Part shown: positions 35,769 to 47,464 of the stretch, one piece after another
How positions within the stretch are numbered: position 1 is the first letter of the stretch
Layout: each line of letters starts with the position of its first letter
Assembly: GCA_030704615.1 (NCBI GenBank)
Contig: CM060731.1
Coordinates: 78,616,001 to 78,680,000, forward strand
DNA length: 64,000 bases
Origin: Takakia lepidozioides
Lineage: Eukaryota; Plantae; Bryophyta
Direction of reading: 5' to 3'
The notes under the pieces: generated by a model
What the model was told of the DNA's origin: nothing
The model's database searches: none
The model's input: only the letters and a program-made list of their open reading frames with translations
Position numbers and translations under genes: made by a program

Positions 35769-36673
35769 CACACCCCTACCAACAGGGAGTCGATGTCCTC
35801 ATCGACTTGTCCATTTTGTAGAAACGAACATCCAAGTTGTGGCGTCCCACATCAAGGAGTTTGTTTCCGTACCATGGCGTCCCATGGCAAAGAACCAAAC
35901 CCCACACTTGACTCCACTCTCCACTAGCTAGTTCGGCCGACTTCCTCCAAGTCCCGGCCAAGGGTGGAGCCTCTCCAGCTCCTCCCAGTGCACTCTTCTT
36001 GGCCTACTTCAAGGCCAAGGAACGATCCTCCCCGAGGATCGAATCGCCTTACTGCAACAACATTGCTTGCGATCGCTCATGATGCCGCTTTTGGCATCAC
36101 CTTGAGCAAGGGTTCACCTGGAACCCTCTTTGACTAGGAAGATAACCTTGAACCAACCGTGCGCCCCAATCACTACAATTGGGTCCGCCTTGGAATGCTG
36201 GCCTGAGGTACGGGAACACGCCGAAGCCGCACTACGATTTCGTCCCGAGGCTACACGATTATAGTACGTGAACGGAAGCACGTAGCTTCCGCGTTAGCCC
36301 GCACTACAAGGCAACCCCCTCGGTAGCGCAGTTATAGTACGCGCACGCGCCAGGTGCGCACTAGCACTTGAACTCCCAAATAAGGCGCAAGTTTCCTTGC
36401 CCCTTGGATGGGAGTCACCCGATTTGGCACTGCGCAAACACACGATTAACCCAATTTACCTCTCCCACTTTTGTAAGCTAGCATGCATTCTACACACCAG
36501 CCAACCACACCATGCATCACCATTCCAAACACAATAGGACGCACAATATTTGGAACCCATTTCCTTTATCACAAATTTTTGTACAATACAAGTTTTTGCA
36601 ATCGGATTCCTGAGCTAGCTAAACCGGGCTAAGCATGCATTTCCTCCCCCACGCTCCAAGGTTGATGTCCCCA

Positions 36674-39600
36674 TCAACGCTTCTTCCGCTTTTGAGGTCG
36701 CCCTTCGAACGCTGCAACTGCCTCGGATGCGTTTTCCCATTTCTGAGGCACGCACCCAAGATGCCTCCACAAGATGATAGCCCTTCCATTTGACGAGATA
36801 CTCCGTTTCTCGGTTCTTGAACCTCCTCGACTTAAGTATTGCCTCCACCTCGTACTCGGGTTCATTTTCATGATCCAACAGCATAGGTGGCGGACGCAAC
36901 ACTTGCTGCCGATTCGGACGTGCTTCATCTTTGAAGTAAGGCTTCAAAAGGGAGACATGGAATACTGGGTGCACCTTGCTGTTTGCTGGCAGCTCCAATT
37001 CATACACATCCTCATTCATAACCCTCCGAATGCGAAAGGGACCCGCATACGGAGGTACGAACTTCGGACTCATTTCCGGAGGTAGTCGAAAATTCTTGAT
37101 GTTCAACCAGACCTCTGTGCCTGCCTCAAACTTCACTTCCCTCCGCTTCCGATTCGCCTGCCTTTCATACCGTTTCCTAGCTTTGGCAATGTTGTACTTT
37201 GCGAGCTTCAACAAACGCTCGCGTTCTTCCAGTACCGCCGCTACTGCCGGTTCCTCAACGTCCTGGGCGGCCCAACTTGTCGGCACCAGAGGTGCTTTTC
37301 CATAGACCAACACAAAAGGGGAAACTCCCGTCGCGGAGTGTTCTGTGTTATTATAACAGAACTCTGCCGCGTCTAAGTGTTCCATCCAGTCTGATTGGTC
37401 TGCCGACACGTAATTCCGCAAGAATTGCTTCACTACGGAATTCACCCTTTCCGTTTGGCCGTCCGTCGTAGGTCGGAAGGCGGTGCTCATCTTCAGCCTC
37501 GTCCCCATCTTCTTCCAAAGTGCTCTCCAGAATTTACTCGTAAACTTTGGGTCGCGGTCCGAGACAATATCCTTCGGGACTCCATGATGCTTTAAGACGT
37601 GGGCGAAGTAAAGTCGCCCTGTCTCCTGCGCAGTTGCCGTCTCCTTGGTGGGGATGAAATGGGCCATTTTACTGAACCTATCTACCACCACCATGATTGC
37701 ATCGAATCCTTTTGACAGCGGCATAGCAGTCATGAAATCCATCGAGACGCTTTCCCAAGTCCCCTCTGGAATCGGCAAGGGTTGTAACAGCCCCGCTTGC
37801 TTTTTATACTCGCTCCGGTTTTGTTGGCATGTGGTGCATGTCTTGACATACTCCTCTGCCTCCTCCCTCAGTTTGGGCCAGAAATACTCTTTCTTCAAGA
37901 GTGCCGCAGTGCGCTTGGCTCCACCGTGGCCCGCAAGCGGGCTATCATGGCATTCTCTCAAGAGACTATCCTGATCCCTCCCTTTGGCACATAGAGACGT
38001 TTTTGCTTATACCGGAGCAGTCCGTTTTGCAAGTGGAACTGCGATTTAACCCCCATTCTCAAGTTCTGCATCACGCACTTTGCCAGCTCATCCTTCCGGC
38101 AAGCCTTCCGGATCTTCCTTTGGAGCGCCGTCTCGCCCTTGTACACCAACAAGAGCTGCTGCTTTCTACTTAAAGCATCGGCCACCACATTGTCCCGTCC
38201 CGGTTTGTACTGGATATCCACGTCGAACACTGCCAAAGTATCTTGCCACCTAAGTTGTTTTGGGGACAACTTGGGCTGCGTGGCAAAATACTTCACCGTG
38301 ACATTGTCCGTGAACACCTTCACTGGGTTGGAACCAACATAGTGGCGCCAGAGTTCAAGGCAATGTACCACCGCCTTCATCTCTTTTTCGTGCGTCGGCC
38401 ACCGTCGCTCCACTTCATTCAGTTTCTTACTTTCGTAAGCCACTGGACGTCCATCTTGCATAAGTACACCCCCAATTGCGAAGTCCGATGCATCTGTATG
38501 AATCTCAAACGGACGATCGAACTCCGGGATTTTTAAGACTGGAGCTTCCGTCATCCGCTGCTTCAATTCAGCAAAAGCTTGGCCACAAAATGTGTTCCAT
38601 ACCCAGACTTTGGATTTACACAGAAGGTCCGACAGCGGCCCCGCGATCTTGGCGAAATTTCTCACATACTTCCGGTAATAGGAGGCGAGTCCTAGGAAGG
38701 ATCGCACTCCCGGGACCGAAGTCGGAGGCTCCCAGTCCAAGATCGCCCTCACCTTTCTGTCATCCATTTTGATCCCATCCTGTGTAATCACGTGCCCCAA
38801 GAACTCCACTTTTGTGACCCCGAATTCGCACTTTGAAGCTTTGGCATACAGCTTCCCTTCTCGCAATTTTTGGAACACCCTTTTGAGGTGCTCCAGGTGC
38901 TCCTCCTTTGTTTTCGAGTACACCAAGATGTCGTCGATGTACACGATCACAAAGTCATCCAACCACTCCTGGAAAAGGCTGTTCATCAGCGTGCTAAATG
39001 TCGCTGGTGCATTGGTGAGCCCAAAAGGCATCACCAAGAACTCATATGAACCATACCTTGTCCTGCACGCGGTCTTCTCCTCATCTCCTTCCGCCACCCG
39101 AATTTGGTGATAGCCGGAGCGCAAGTCGATCCGGCTGAAATACTTCGCTCCTGCCAACCGATCGAAGAGGTCGTCGATCCTTGGCAAAGGGTACCGGTTT
39201 TTGATAGTCACCTTATTCAGAGCCCTGTAATCGACACACATCCGCAGCGTCCCATCCTTCTTGTCTGCAAATAGCACCGGGGCTCCGTAAGGTGACTTAC
39301 TCGGCCGGATGTACCCCTTTGACATTAGATCTTTGAGCTGAGTCTTCAGCTCGACCAACTCTTTGTGGCTCAACCGGTAGGGCGCCTTGGCAGGCGGTTC
39401 CGATCCCGGTATCACCTCAATTTTGTGGTCAACTCCTCTTCGCGGTGGCAAGCCGCTTGGTAAATCCTCCGGCATCACATCCTGGTATTTCTCCAAAATC
39501 CCCTTGATCCAATCTGGGCTCGGCTCCCCATCGCCTTCTCCTTTCACTTCTCTAATGTAAAGCAAAAACTGGGACTCGTGTGTCTCCTCCACGGCCCACT

Positions 39601-40080
39601 CCTTTGCTGATAGAAGGTTTATTCGCCCTCCCACGGATTTGGGCGTTTCTGACACTCGTAAAACCTCGCCACCATTCCCACATGGCAGCGTGACTACTCT
39701 CTTGCGGCCATCTATGACCGCTCCGGATTTGCTCAAAAAGGTCATTCCCAAAATGAGATCCACTCCATCGATCTCGCAGATAGTGAAGTTCTCACGTCCC
39801 TCCCAACTCCCCAGTTGAAGAGGAACATCAAACGCCAACCTTGTCGCCAACTGAGGTTCTCCTTTGGCAGAGCGCACCTCAATAGAGGCCCCCACGTCAC
39901 TTGTCGGGAGTCCCAACTTTCGCGCCGCTGCCGGCGTCATGAAGGAGTGCGACGCTCCTGTGTCCACCAACAACGACACATTAGTTCCGGATATTATCCC
40001 ATCCACGAACAATAACTGACTCCCTTTTCGTAAGGCGCCAGTTTCCTGATACAACTCACAAGAAATTTGCCTACCTTGCA
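36674..40080 (-). CDS. Pol of chromovirus A (PR-RT-RH-INT-chromodomain); 1-nt frameshifts at ~37970 and ~36735
   Basis: [62 protein letters not shown]. Confidence 0.92.
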
Positions 40081-41233
40081 AGTCCTGGCGACCACCGCTT
40101 CCACCAAGCGACTGATGGTATCTTCCGACAGCTCCGTGGTCGCCCGAGTCATGTTCAATTGCCGGGGCTTCGTGCACTTCTTGGCCATGTGCCCGGGCTC
40201 CCCGCAATTGAAACACACTCCATCAAAGGTCGCCTTCTGTCCGCCATAAGTCGCTCCACCCGCTTTTCCTTTCGAAGCACCGGGTGCCGCCTTGACGTGT
40301 GAAGGACCTCCCTCGATTTCCACGTGCCATTTTCGCCGCGTGGCCTATCCCACTTCTTTTCCGGTCGGGAGGAGTCACCTTCCCGCCGGGTCTTCTTGTG
40401 GTTCAGCTCCGTACGGCCTTGTCTCTCACCCCTAGGGACATCCGAGAAACATTCAGCTCTCTCAATTGCCTCGTTCAAAGTCTTGGGTGGCTTCTCCTCC
40501 AACTTCCGCCTAGCCCATGGGGCCAGTCCCGCCACAAAGTTGAAGACCATTTCTGGTTCTGCCATGTCCGCGACTTCGAGCAACAGCACATTGAAAGCCT
40601 GGACATACCCCCGAATGTCATCTGTTTGCTTCAAATTCCTCATCTTGTCCCGGGCAAGCCAGGACGCGTTGAGGGGCACAAACTGTCTCTTCATCAATTC
40701 CTTGAACTCACTCCAGTTCAAGGTTTCCGGGCTTGGGCCTCGGTCGTGAAGGCGTTTCTGCCACCATTGTTGAGCATAGCCCCTCAAATAGGTGGGAGCC
40801 ACTTCCACCCGATCCTCGTCACTCAACTTGGCCGCCCGGAAGTACTGCTCTAGCTCCAGGAGCCAGGTGTTGAGTGCCTTCCGGTTTCGAACGCCCTCGA
40901 AGGTGCCGGTTCCTTAGGCTTCACCTTAAACTTTGCCTTGGTGGAAGTGGCATTAGCCGCCTTCAACACGTCTTTCAACGTCCAGCCAAACTGCGCCAAC
41001 AACCCTTCCCAAAAGGCTGCCGGCATGGGAGGCATCTCTTGGTTTGTCGGAGCTCTCGAAGATTCCTCGGGCTCCGACTCCTCGGATTCCTCCCGCTCCT
41101 GAGCGGCCTCGTTTTCGGAAACATTAATCGCTTCCTCAAACGGCCGCCTCGGTGACACGTCGCCCCCATCGGGCTCACCGGGATCATCATCTTTTGGGCC
41201 GTTCCGCTTTCGCTTCGGCTTGCCCGACCCCAT
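39994..41233 (-). CDS. Gag of chromovirus A (frameshifts at ~40908 and ~40318)
   Basis: [28 protein letters not shown] knuckle [14 protein letters not shown]; intact in copy B. Confidence 0.88.
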
Positions 41234-41274
41234 GATGAGGCCAATCCCAAGGACGATCGCGTACTGAACTCTAA

Positions 41275-41286
41275 GCTCTGATACCA
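41275..41286 (-). promoter_or_regulatory. Primer-binding site, initiator tRNA-Met (TGGTATCAGAGC)
   Basis: 2 nt inside the 5' LTR; same sequence at 57073-57084. Confidence 0.93.
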
Positions 41287-41288
41287 AG

Positions 41289-42013
41289 TGTCGCACACCT
41301 CAGTTCGGTAAACTCCCCTTCAAGTCATAGTTACTCGCTTTGATGCGCGCGCCTGACTCCCAACCTGGCCGCCGGGCCAACTTGGAGTTTCGGCTACTCA
41401 CCGGGACATAACGGTCCCCTTCCGCTTCCCTCTAAACCCTCCACCTATTTGGGACTAGGAGAATTCCCTTTGGTAGATGGCAGTCCGGAACAGCTCCCCA
41501 CTCTTTGGTCGCTTTCCGGCTCGCACGCTTACTCACTAGTTTTTGGTCACCAACGGGCTTGCACCGTTCTCGGGGTTACTACTCCCTATATATACTTCTG
41601 TAGCTGTCCGCGGGGGTTTCATAACCAGCCATGCCATTTTATGGCGAACCACCACGAAAACCCTCGACTCCCGGTGGTGAGTCGCGGTGAGTCTTGGCCC
41701 ACTCACCGCGGCCCCAATGGACCGTGATGAGTCCCAAGACTCCCCACGACTCCCACCTCGAGGTCTCCACCCCATGGTGAGTCCTATGCCACCCCCACTA
41801 AGTCCCACTAAGCTACCACCACCCCTTGTGGAGCCACCTCCACCGCAACCCGGTGTGCGGGGCTCCACCTAGTGAGCGCCTCCGCCTCCTTGAGTGCCTT
41901 GGGCACTCAAGGGTGCTTCAGCCCCCCCATACCTATCGCTGCCGCTGCCCCCACCACAGGGGCAGCCCCTCATGTGTCCCGACCCCCTGCCCTCAAGGCA
42001 AAGGGCCGCGACA
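41289..42013 (-). repeat. 5' LTR of chromovirus A
   Basis: TG..CA ends, TATATATA box near 41587-41594, adjacent PBS. Confidence 0.97.
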
Positions 42014-42043
42014 TCACACAACAGTTAAGACATATGTGCTTAC

Positions 42044-45000
42044 CTGAGTGAGGAACGAAACAAGCATGTCCCATGATTTCGAGGGCACCCCTTTGAATGT
42101 AGACTTCCTGGATTCCATCATTGCCAGAAACTTTCATTCACCACCTTACGATGGAACTGGCCCAAAACCCTGGATGGATGTTCTCTCGCATCGAAAGGCT
42201 GCTCCCTCGACATTGTTGTTCTCCTATCCCTAGTTGGAGAAGGCTGTCTTTCAGCGACCTCTGAAGGGCCCTGTTCCTGCGGAGCTGCACTCTTCCCTTT
42301 CCCCTTCGGATCCCCGACAATCTTCCCCTTTCGTTTTGGAGTAGCAGATTTCTCAGGCTCTTTTGCAGCCAGAGCAGCAATGATTCTGTCCTGAATGTCT
42401 TTGTCAGCCAGGTGTCGCGGCGTTGTCGTTAAGGTTTCTCAAAACAACTTCATCGAATGGTTTGTCTTGTTTTGGCATATCGAGGTACCACCCACAGTCT
42501 CTGAAGTGCGCCCTGCTCTAGTCTCTGGCAATACCAGCCGTGTATATTGTCCTGTCATTGGAGGGGTCAGCCCACGTGTAGATGAAGTCTGGGTCATCGC
42601 TAAGGTACTTTCCCGGTATGAGGACATGATACATATACCTGAATGACACACACACCCAAAATCCAGACAGTCAAACGATCCGATCAGGACACAGATCACA
42701 CATCACGAGAAGTGTATTGGCATGCAGGTCAGTAACACTGATAAACCAACGTTTGAAACAGCGAGCCTCCATCTCCTGATATAGGCCTCCAGTGTGATCC
42801 AGGGGCAAGACATCTGGATTTTGTAGTCTGCCATTGACTCCCCAAGTGCAGCCACCGCTCGTTTTTCCAACTGCAGCAAGAAAGATCATAAGAATTGTGG
42901 AGAGAGCACGGAGCAGCACAAGCATTTGAAAATGGTTTTGTGGAAACTTTACCTGGCTCCAAAAGATTGCTTTGTGTAGCCACTGGTCAAATGTGTGGTC
43001 GCTAACAACTTTTATTGCTTGTGTCTTGGAGTCATTCTCAGGAGATGGGAACATGTTGGTGTCTCTCACAAGTGGATCGGAATTCCAGATCTCCAACCAC
43101 CTGATTTTGGTTGCATTGTCCACCATTGAAATGGAAAGGCGATGCAGTTTCTCTTGGGTCATCTCTGGCTTTGAGCCATACTTGTCATGTGCTTTCACCT
43201 GTTCCAGAAATTCCGTGCCAAGACTTGGATCTGCTATGCGGATTTGTTTGTCGAACGCACTCATGAGGTTCTCCTTTGATTGTTCATCTTGAAATTTCAT
43301 TATGTCCTCAAGCCCAGTAGCAGACCTCTGCTCTTCTGTGTGGGAAGCATAGTACTCTGCTTTCGCCTTCAAACCAGTTTCTGCTATTTCTTGCTGCATA
43401 CATTACAGGGAGAAAGAATCAAACACTGCCGTTTCTTGATAAAATTTGCAGTAACAACAATCAAACAGATATCAAGAAGCATACCGTGTACATGTAGTCA
43501 AGAAAAGCCTCCCTTTGTCAGGCTGTACCATGTGCTTGTCTTCTTTTCAACACACCTCTTCATCTGCTGAGGACTGAGCACGTTCGTGAATGACTCCAGT
43601 GGCATCAGCCCTATCTTCTGGATACGGAATAGAGTGTGGCAGAGATTTGTCGTCACATGGGAGGTTTCATTGGACCTGGAAAAACCTTCAACTCATAAGA
43701 TGATTTCTAATTGTGCAAACGCAGATCAGAACGGAAACAATGTTGGTAACTTACTTGTTTATGTCGTGCCATCCAGGCAAGCAGTCTATGGTTCCCATCC
43801 CAGACAAAAAACATCTTTCCCATAAACGCTTTTGTGGAGGCCTTTTTGGACAGCTTGAACTCAAACTCCTTGTTTACATCCCGCCAGCATGCATCCCAAC
43901 TTTGCTCTGTCTCCTCTGTTATAGGACACTCCTCTCATTTCGTGTTCACAGTGGATACATAGAACACAGCAGATCCCTTGACATAGCCGTGAACAAAATT
44001 GATCTTCAACTTCGTGATGTCGTTCCTCAATGCGGGTCGAACCGCGGGCATGGAGATCATCCTGCATAGTGGGATAACCAGGTTTCCGCCGGGAACCTCC
44101 ATCGACAGAATCACCTTTGAGGAGTTCACTTTCTGCCCACCCATAACCTCCTCGGCCTTATCTTCATAGTGTCCCTCAAATGACTCCTCCTCACCATCAC
44201 CTTCTGCCACTTCCGCATCTCCCCCCACGGATTTCTTTTTTCTTTTCCTCTGCAGCACCAGGAAACGCAAAGTAGGGAAAGTCGATTATCTGAAGCCACC
44301 GAAAGAACCCTGCGTCAACGCAAAGCATTTAGTTGGTTCAATGGACTGTATGCATTTCAGACTAAGCTGCATCCCCTTCAATCAACCTTGCGTCAACGCA
44401 AGGTAGATCCATGGGAGCTCAATCTGTCACTCACAGGGATATGCATCAGAATCACCTTCGCGTCAACGCAAGGTTGATTCGAGTGCTGAATCTGCTTCAT
44501 GTCACCTTCATAAACAAACGCTTTGGAGGTCGACATCAACCTTGCGTTGACGCAAGGTTGTTGTGGAGCTCTCAGATTGGTGTTCAACAAACAAAAAAAT
44601 CACATGGAAAGGCACATTGCAACTTATGGTTTCTTCTTGGCACTATATGATGCACCGGGAGCATTCAACAGTTCCATGGCTGCCAGGCGTTTAGGGTTTG
44701 TGGGATTGAACAGAAAAGGCACACGAATCAACCTCGCGTCAACGCAAGGTTGATTCGAGTGCAGCATCTGCACTCGTTTCATGCCCAAAACATACATTGT
44801 GGAGGTCGACATCAACCTTGCGTTGACGCAAGGTTGATGTCGACCTCTCTGATGAGCATGGAACAGACAAAAAAAAGGATAAAGAGGGTGGATAGTCACC
44901 TCCGGTTTCTTCTTTGCACTTGATGATGCTCCCGAGGCATTCAACTTTTCCATGGGGTCTGGAGGCAGCATACTTCCAAGGAGGTCCCGGTGGTGCGAAA

Positions 45001-45345
45001 CAACAGCAGACGGTATGGTCTATGTGTCCATCTCTCCTCCCTGCTCTCTCAAGACCTGGTTCTCCACTCGCAGTGCTTCCTCCCGAGCCCAGCTGACTTC
45101 CTCGTCCTCCCCCCCTTCAATTGGAGGTTGCTCTTCGGTCGCCTCCTCCGGCGGAGATGAGGACGAACGCCAAAACCCGATTCTGCAACCACTGTTTGGA
45201 GAGGAAGGTCTTCAAGTGTTCCTCTCCCATTATAAGTTCCCGTCTCGCCTTCCTCATCCTCTCCTTAGCGCGTACCCTTTGCTTGTTTGATGTGAAGTAA
45301 AGTGTTCTTCGACGTTTTCTTCTCCCTCGGGATATGGTCACCATC
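42044..45345 (-). pseudogene. 5' exons of the ParB-like/methyltransferase gene, copy 2
   Basis: VIPLCRMISMPAVRPAL..MFFVWDGNHRLLAW (~43775-43815), homologous to 16340-17674. Donor at 42043 joins the acceptor at 34940 in phase 0 (FLTQ|VKKRPDW) once chromovirus A is removed. 5' limit approximate. Confidence 0.75.
44309..44847. repeat. Six palindromes with core CTTGCGT(TG/CA)ACGCAAG, including a 46-bp inverted repeat at 44802-44847
   Basis: Sites at ~44309, 44381, 44450, 44535, 44724 and 44802; embedded in a ~270-bp tandem duplication. Confidence 0.92.
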
Positions 45346-46032
45346 TCTACAGAATCCAGGGTTGCAAAGACAATATGGAGAAGAAGGAAAAAAGGGGGCT
45401 ACGGTTGGTTCAGTGCAAGGCCTTCCACGCCAAGATGATCGCTCGGAACGACCTGTGCGCCACATGCTCATTCCACATGCATGGCGAACACGTGTCCATC
45501 TAACCGTTATGTATATCTCCGGAAATCATTTTTTTCTCATCCACCGAAATTCGTTTGGGTCCACCTCTCATCCGAAAAAGTTCATTGATGAGTAATAGCT
45601 TTTGGGATGTTTCAGAGGAATGTTAAGTATGTACAGTTGTACAGCGGTACAGGTGCCGTTAAAATTGAATGGAAATGGGCATCTCATCTGGAATCTCTGA
45701 CATGACAGGCAAATGGCGGCTCTATAAGTGAATCTTGCTGAGTGGTTGTCCAATGCACTGGTGGGGCACCTCTGAGAAAACAGTTGCATTCTTTGATTAG
45801 GGCTGACATTATCCACTCCGCATTTGGGCATTCTGCGACCGTCCACTTGGTTCGCATGGGGACACATTTCTACGATGTGCCGAACCGCGTTAGGAGACCT
45901 GCAAGCGGGTGCGACACCTGCAACTGTGTGTAAGGACGTCATCTATACAGCCAAAAAACTCCACTCTAGTACAACCTGCAATCAGAAGCAACGTCGGACT
46001 GTGAATTGTTCGTTTTGAAGCAACATTGACAG

Positions 46033-46365
46033 ATGGCCTCCCAGCCCATGGGCTCCCTTGACGCGGACTTCTTCAGTGAGGACCACCCAGTCCCCTTTTC
46101 TTACGAGGTGGAAGATGACGGTTTTGCGGTGGTGCATGAACACGTGCTCGCAACTCAGTTTCGGTTGGAAAATGGAACTCTATTCCTTGAAAGGGAAGTT
46201 TACGATGCCAATGGAAAACTGCTCAAGTACGCGTTCCAAAAACCTTCGCATACTGCACCAACCACACAATGGAGAGTGAATCCAGGCAGATACAGGGTGC
46301 TCAGTGCTCCTCATACACTACAAGAGATGAGTGTTTTTAGGACTACGGCTTTGGCGGAGTCATAA
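46033..46365 (+). CDS. Small ORF of unknown function (110 aa)
   Basis: ATG-initiated, protein-like composition, acceptor-like CAG directly before the ATG; no known motif. Confidence 0.3.
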   Translation: MASQPMGSLDADFFSEDHPVPFSYEVEDDGFAVVHEHVLATQFRLENGTLFLEREVYDANGKLLKYAFQKPSHTAPTTQWRVNPGRYRVLSAPHTLQEMSVFRTTALAES

Positions 46366-47464
46366 AAACTGCACTAGGTAGATGACTACAGAGCGTTGAA
46401 ATGAATTGCAGTCATAGTTTTATAACTTTGTAGTAATGGATATCACTACATGACTCCGGAAAGTTAGGGAGCATTGATCAAACATTGTTGACCATGATGA
46501 CAGGGATGGTTTATATGACTAGTGTGATATGTTTGACTACACGTGGACGACGTTTCATGGAATCTTATGACTCCATGACTGAAGATGGTTTCACAGCTCT
46601 ATTTATACGAGTACATCACTACACGTGTCATTTTGAAGGCACATATAATGCAAATAAGGTTGCCCATTAGGTTTAAAAAAGTTAAAAAAAATTGCTAATA
46701 AGGTTGCCCATTAGGGTAATCGTGAACAGAAATGAGGGCTGGGACTTGGCGTTTTTTTGTCTCATGCGCCACACCACATAGCCGAGGGATGGAACGTGAT
46801 CATAGCAGGATATGCAGGGGCGTGGGATGGAGGCGTTGAGCAAATGATGCACGAAGGAGAAGAGGAGGAGGAGACGAGACGAGGAGAAGCGAGCTCGCCG
46901 TTCTTGGGAGAGTCAGCTTGGTCTTAGCATGCGTGTTTCAATCTCTGACTACTGAGCTACGCCGTAGTGGTTCGATCTCACAGACCAATCCGACATTACC
47001 TGACTACAGACACAAGCAGCACACACAAGAGGTCCTTTTAGGTTGATGGTCGGTCAAATCCTCCATGGGTCAGGACAAGTCAAGGACAATGTGGTAGGGT
47101 ACCTTCTTCTTCAACCTATTTTCAGCCTGTGTTGCCCTCTCATCAGACTCGGCCACAAGATGCATATTGAATTCTGTAAGTTAGGTCGTTGGATAGATCT
47201 GTGGTGGTTTTGACTTTGGCAAGTTACTGCCAGTGTGGCAGCATGGAAGTATCCAAAAACATATAATAGAGGTGAGGAGAAGCTTTGGGGTGAACACTTT
47301 CCGACCCCAGTCAATGGTGGGACAATGGAGACAAAAAAGCGAATGTCTGTTGGACTACAGAGAGAAGCAGATGCATTTCAGATTGTGATAAGTAGGGTTG
47401 GGGTGTTTTGGGGAAGAACTCCACACCAGTATGGTTGGGGTGTTTGCTGGTAGAATTCTAGGCT

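Larger units (their letters stand above)
35045..42013 (-). mobile_element. Full-length chromovirus (Ty3/Gypsy) A, 6969 bp, TSD TCACA
   Basis: LTRs 35045-35768 and 41289-42013 (TG..CA, ~2 differences), TCACA at 35040-35044 and 42014-42018, Met-tRNA PBS, gag, pol with chromodomain. Confidence 0.97.

Noticed and set aside
35205-35961. ORFs within chromovirus LTRs as extra genes
   Set aside because: Frames are not conserved between LTR copies and there are no motifs; GC-rich open frames.
33558-45345. Bacterial or phage contamination as the source of the ParB/MTase
   Set aside because: The gene has GT-AG introns, a plant chromovirus insertion with TSD and a second diverged copy.
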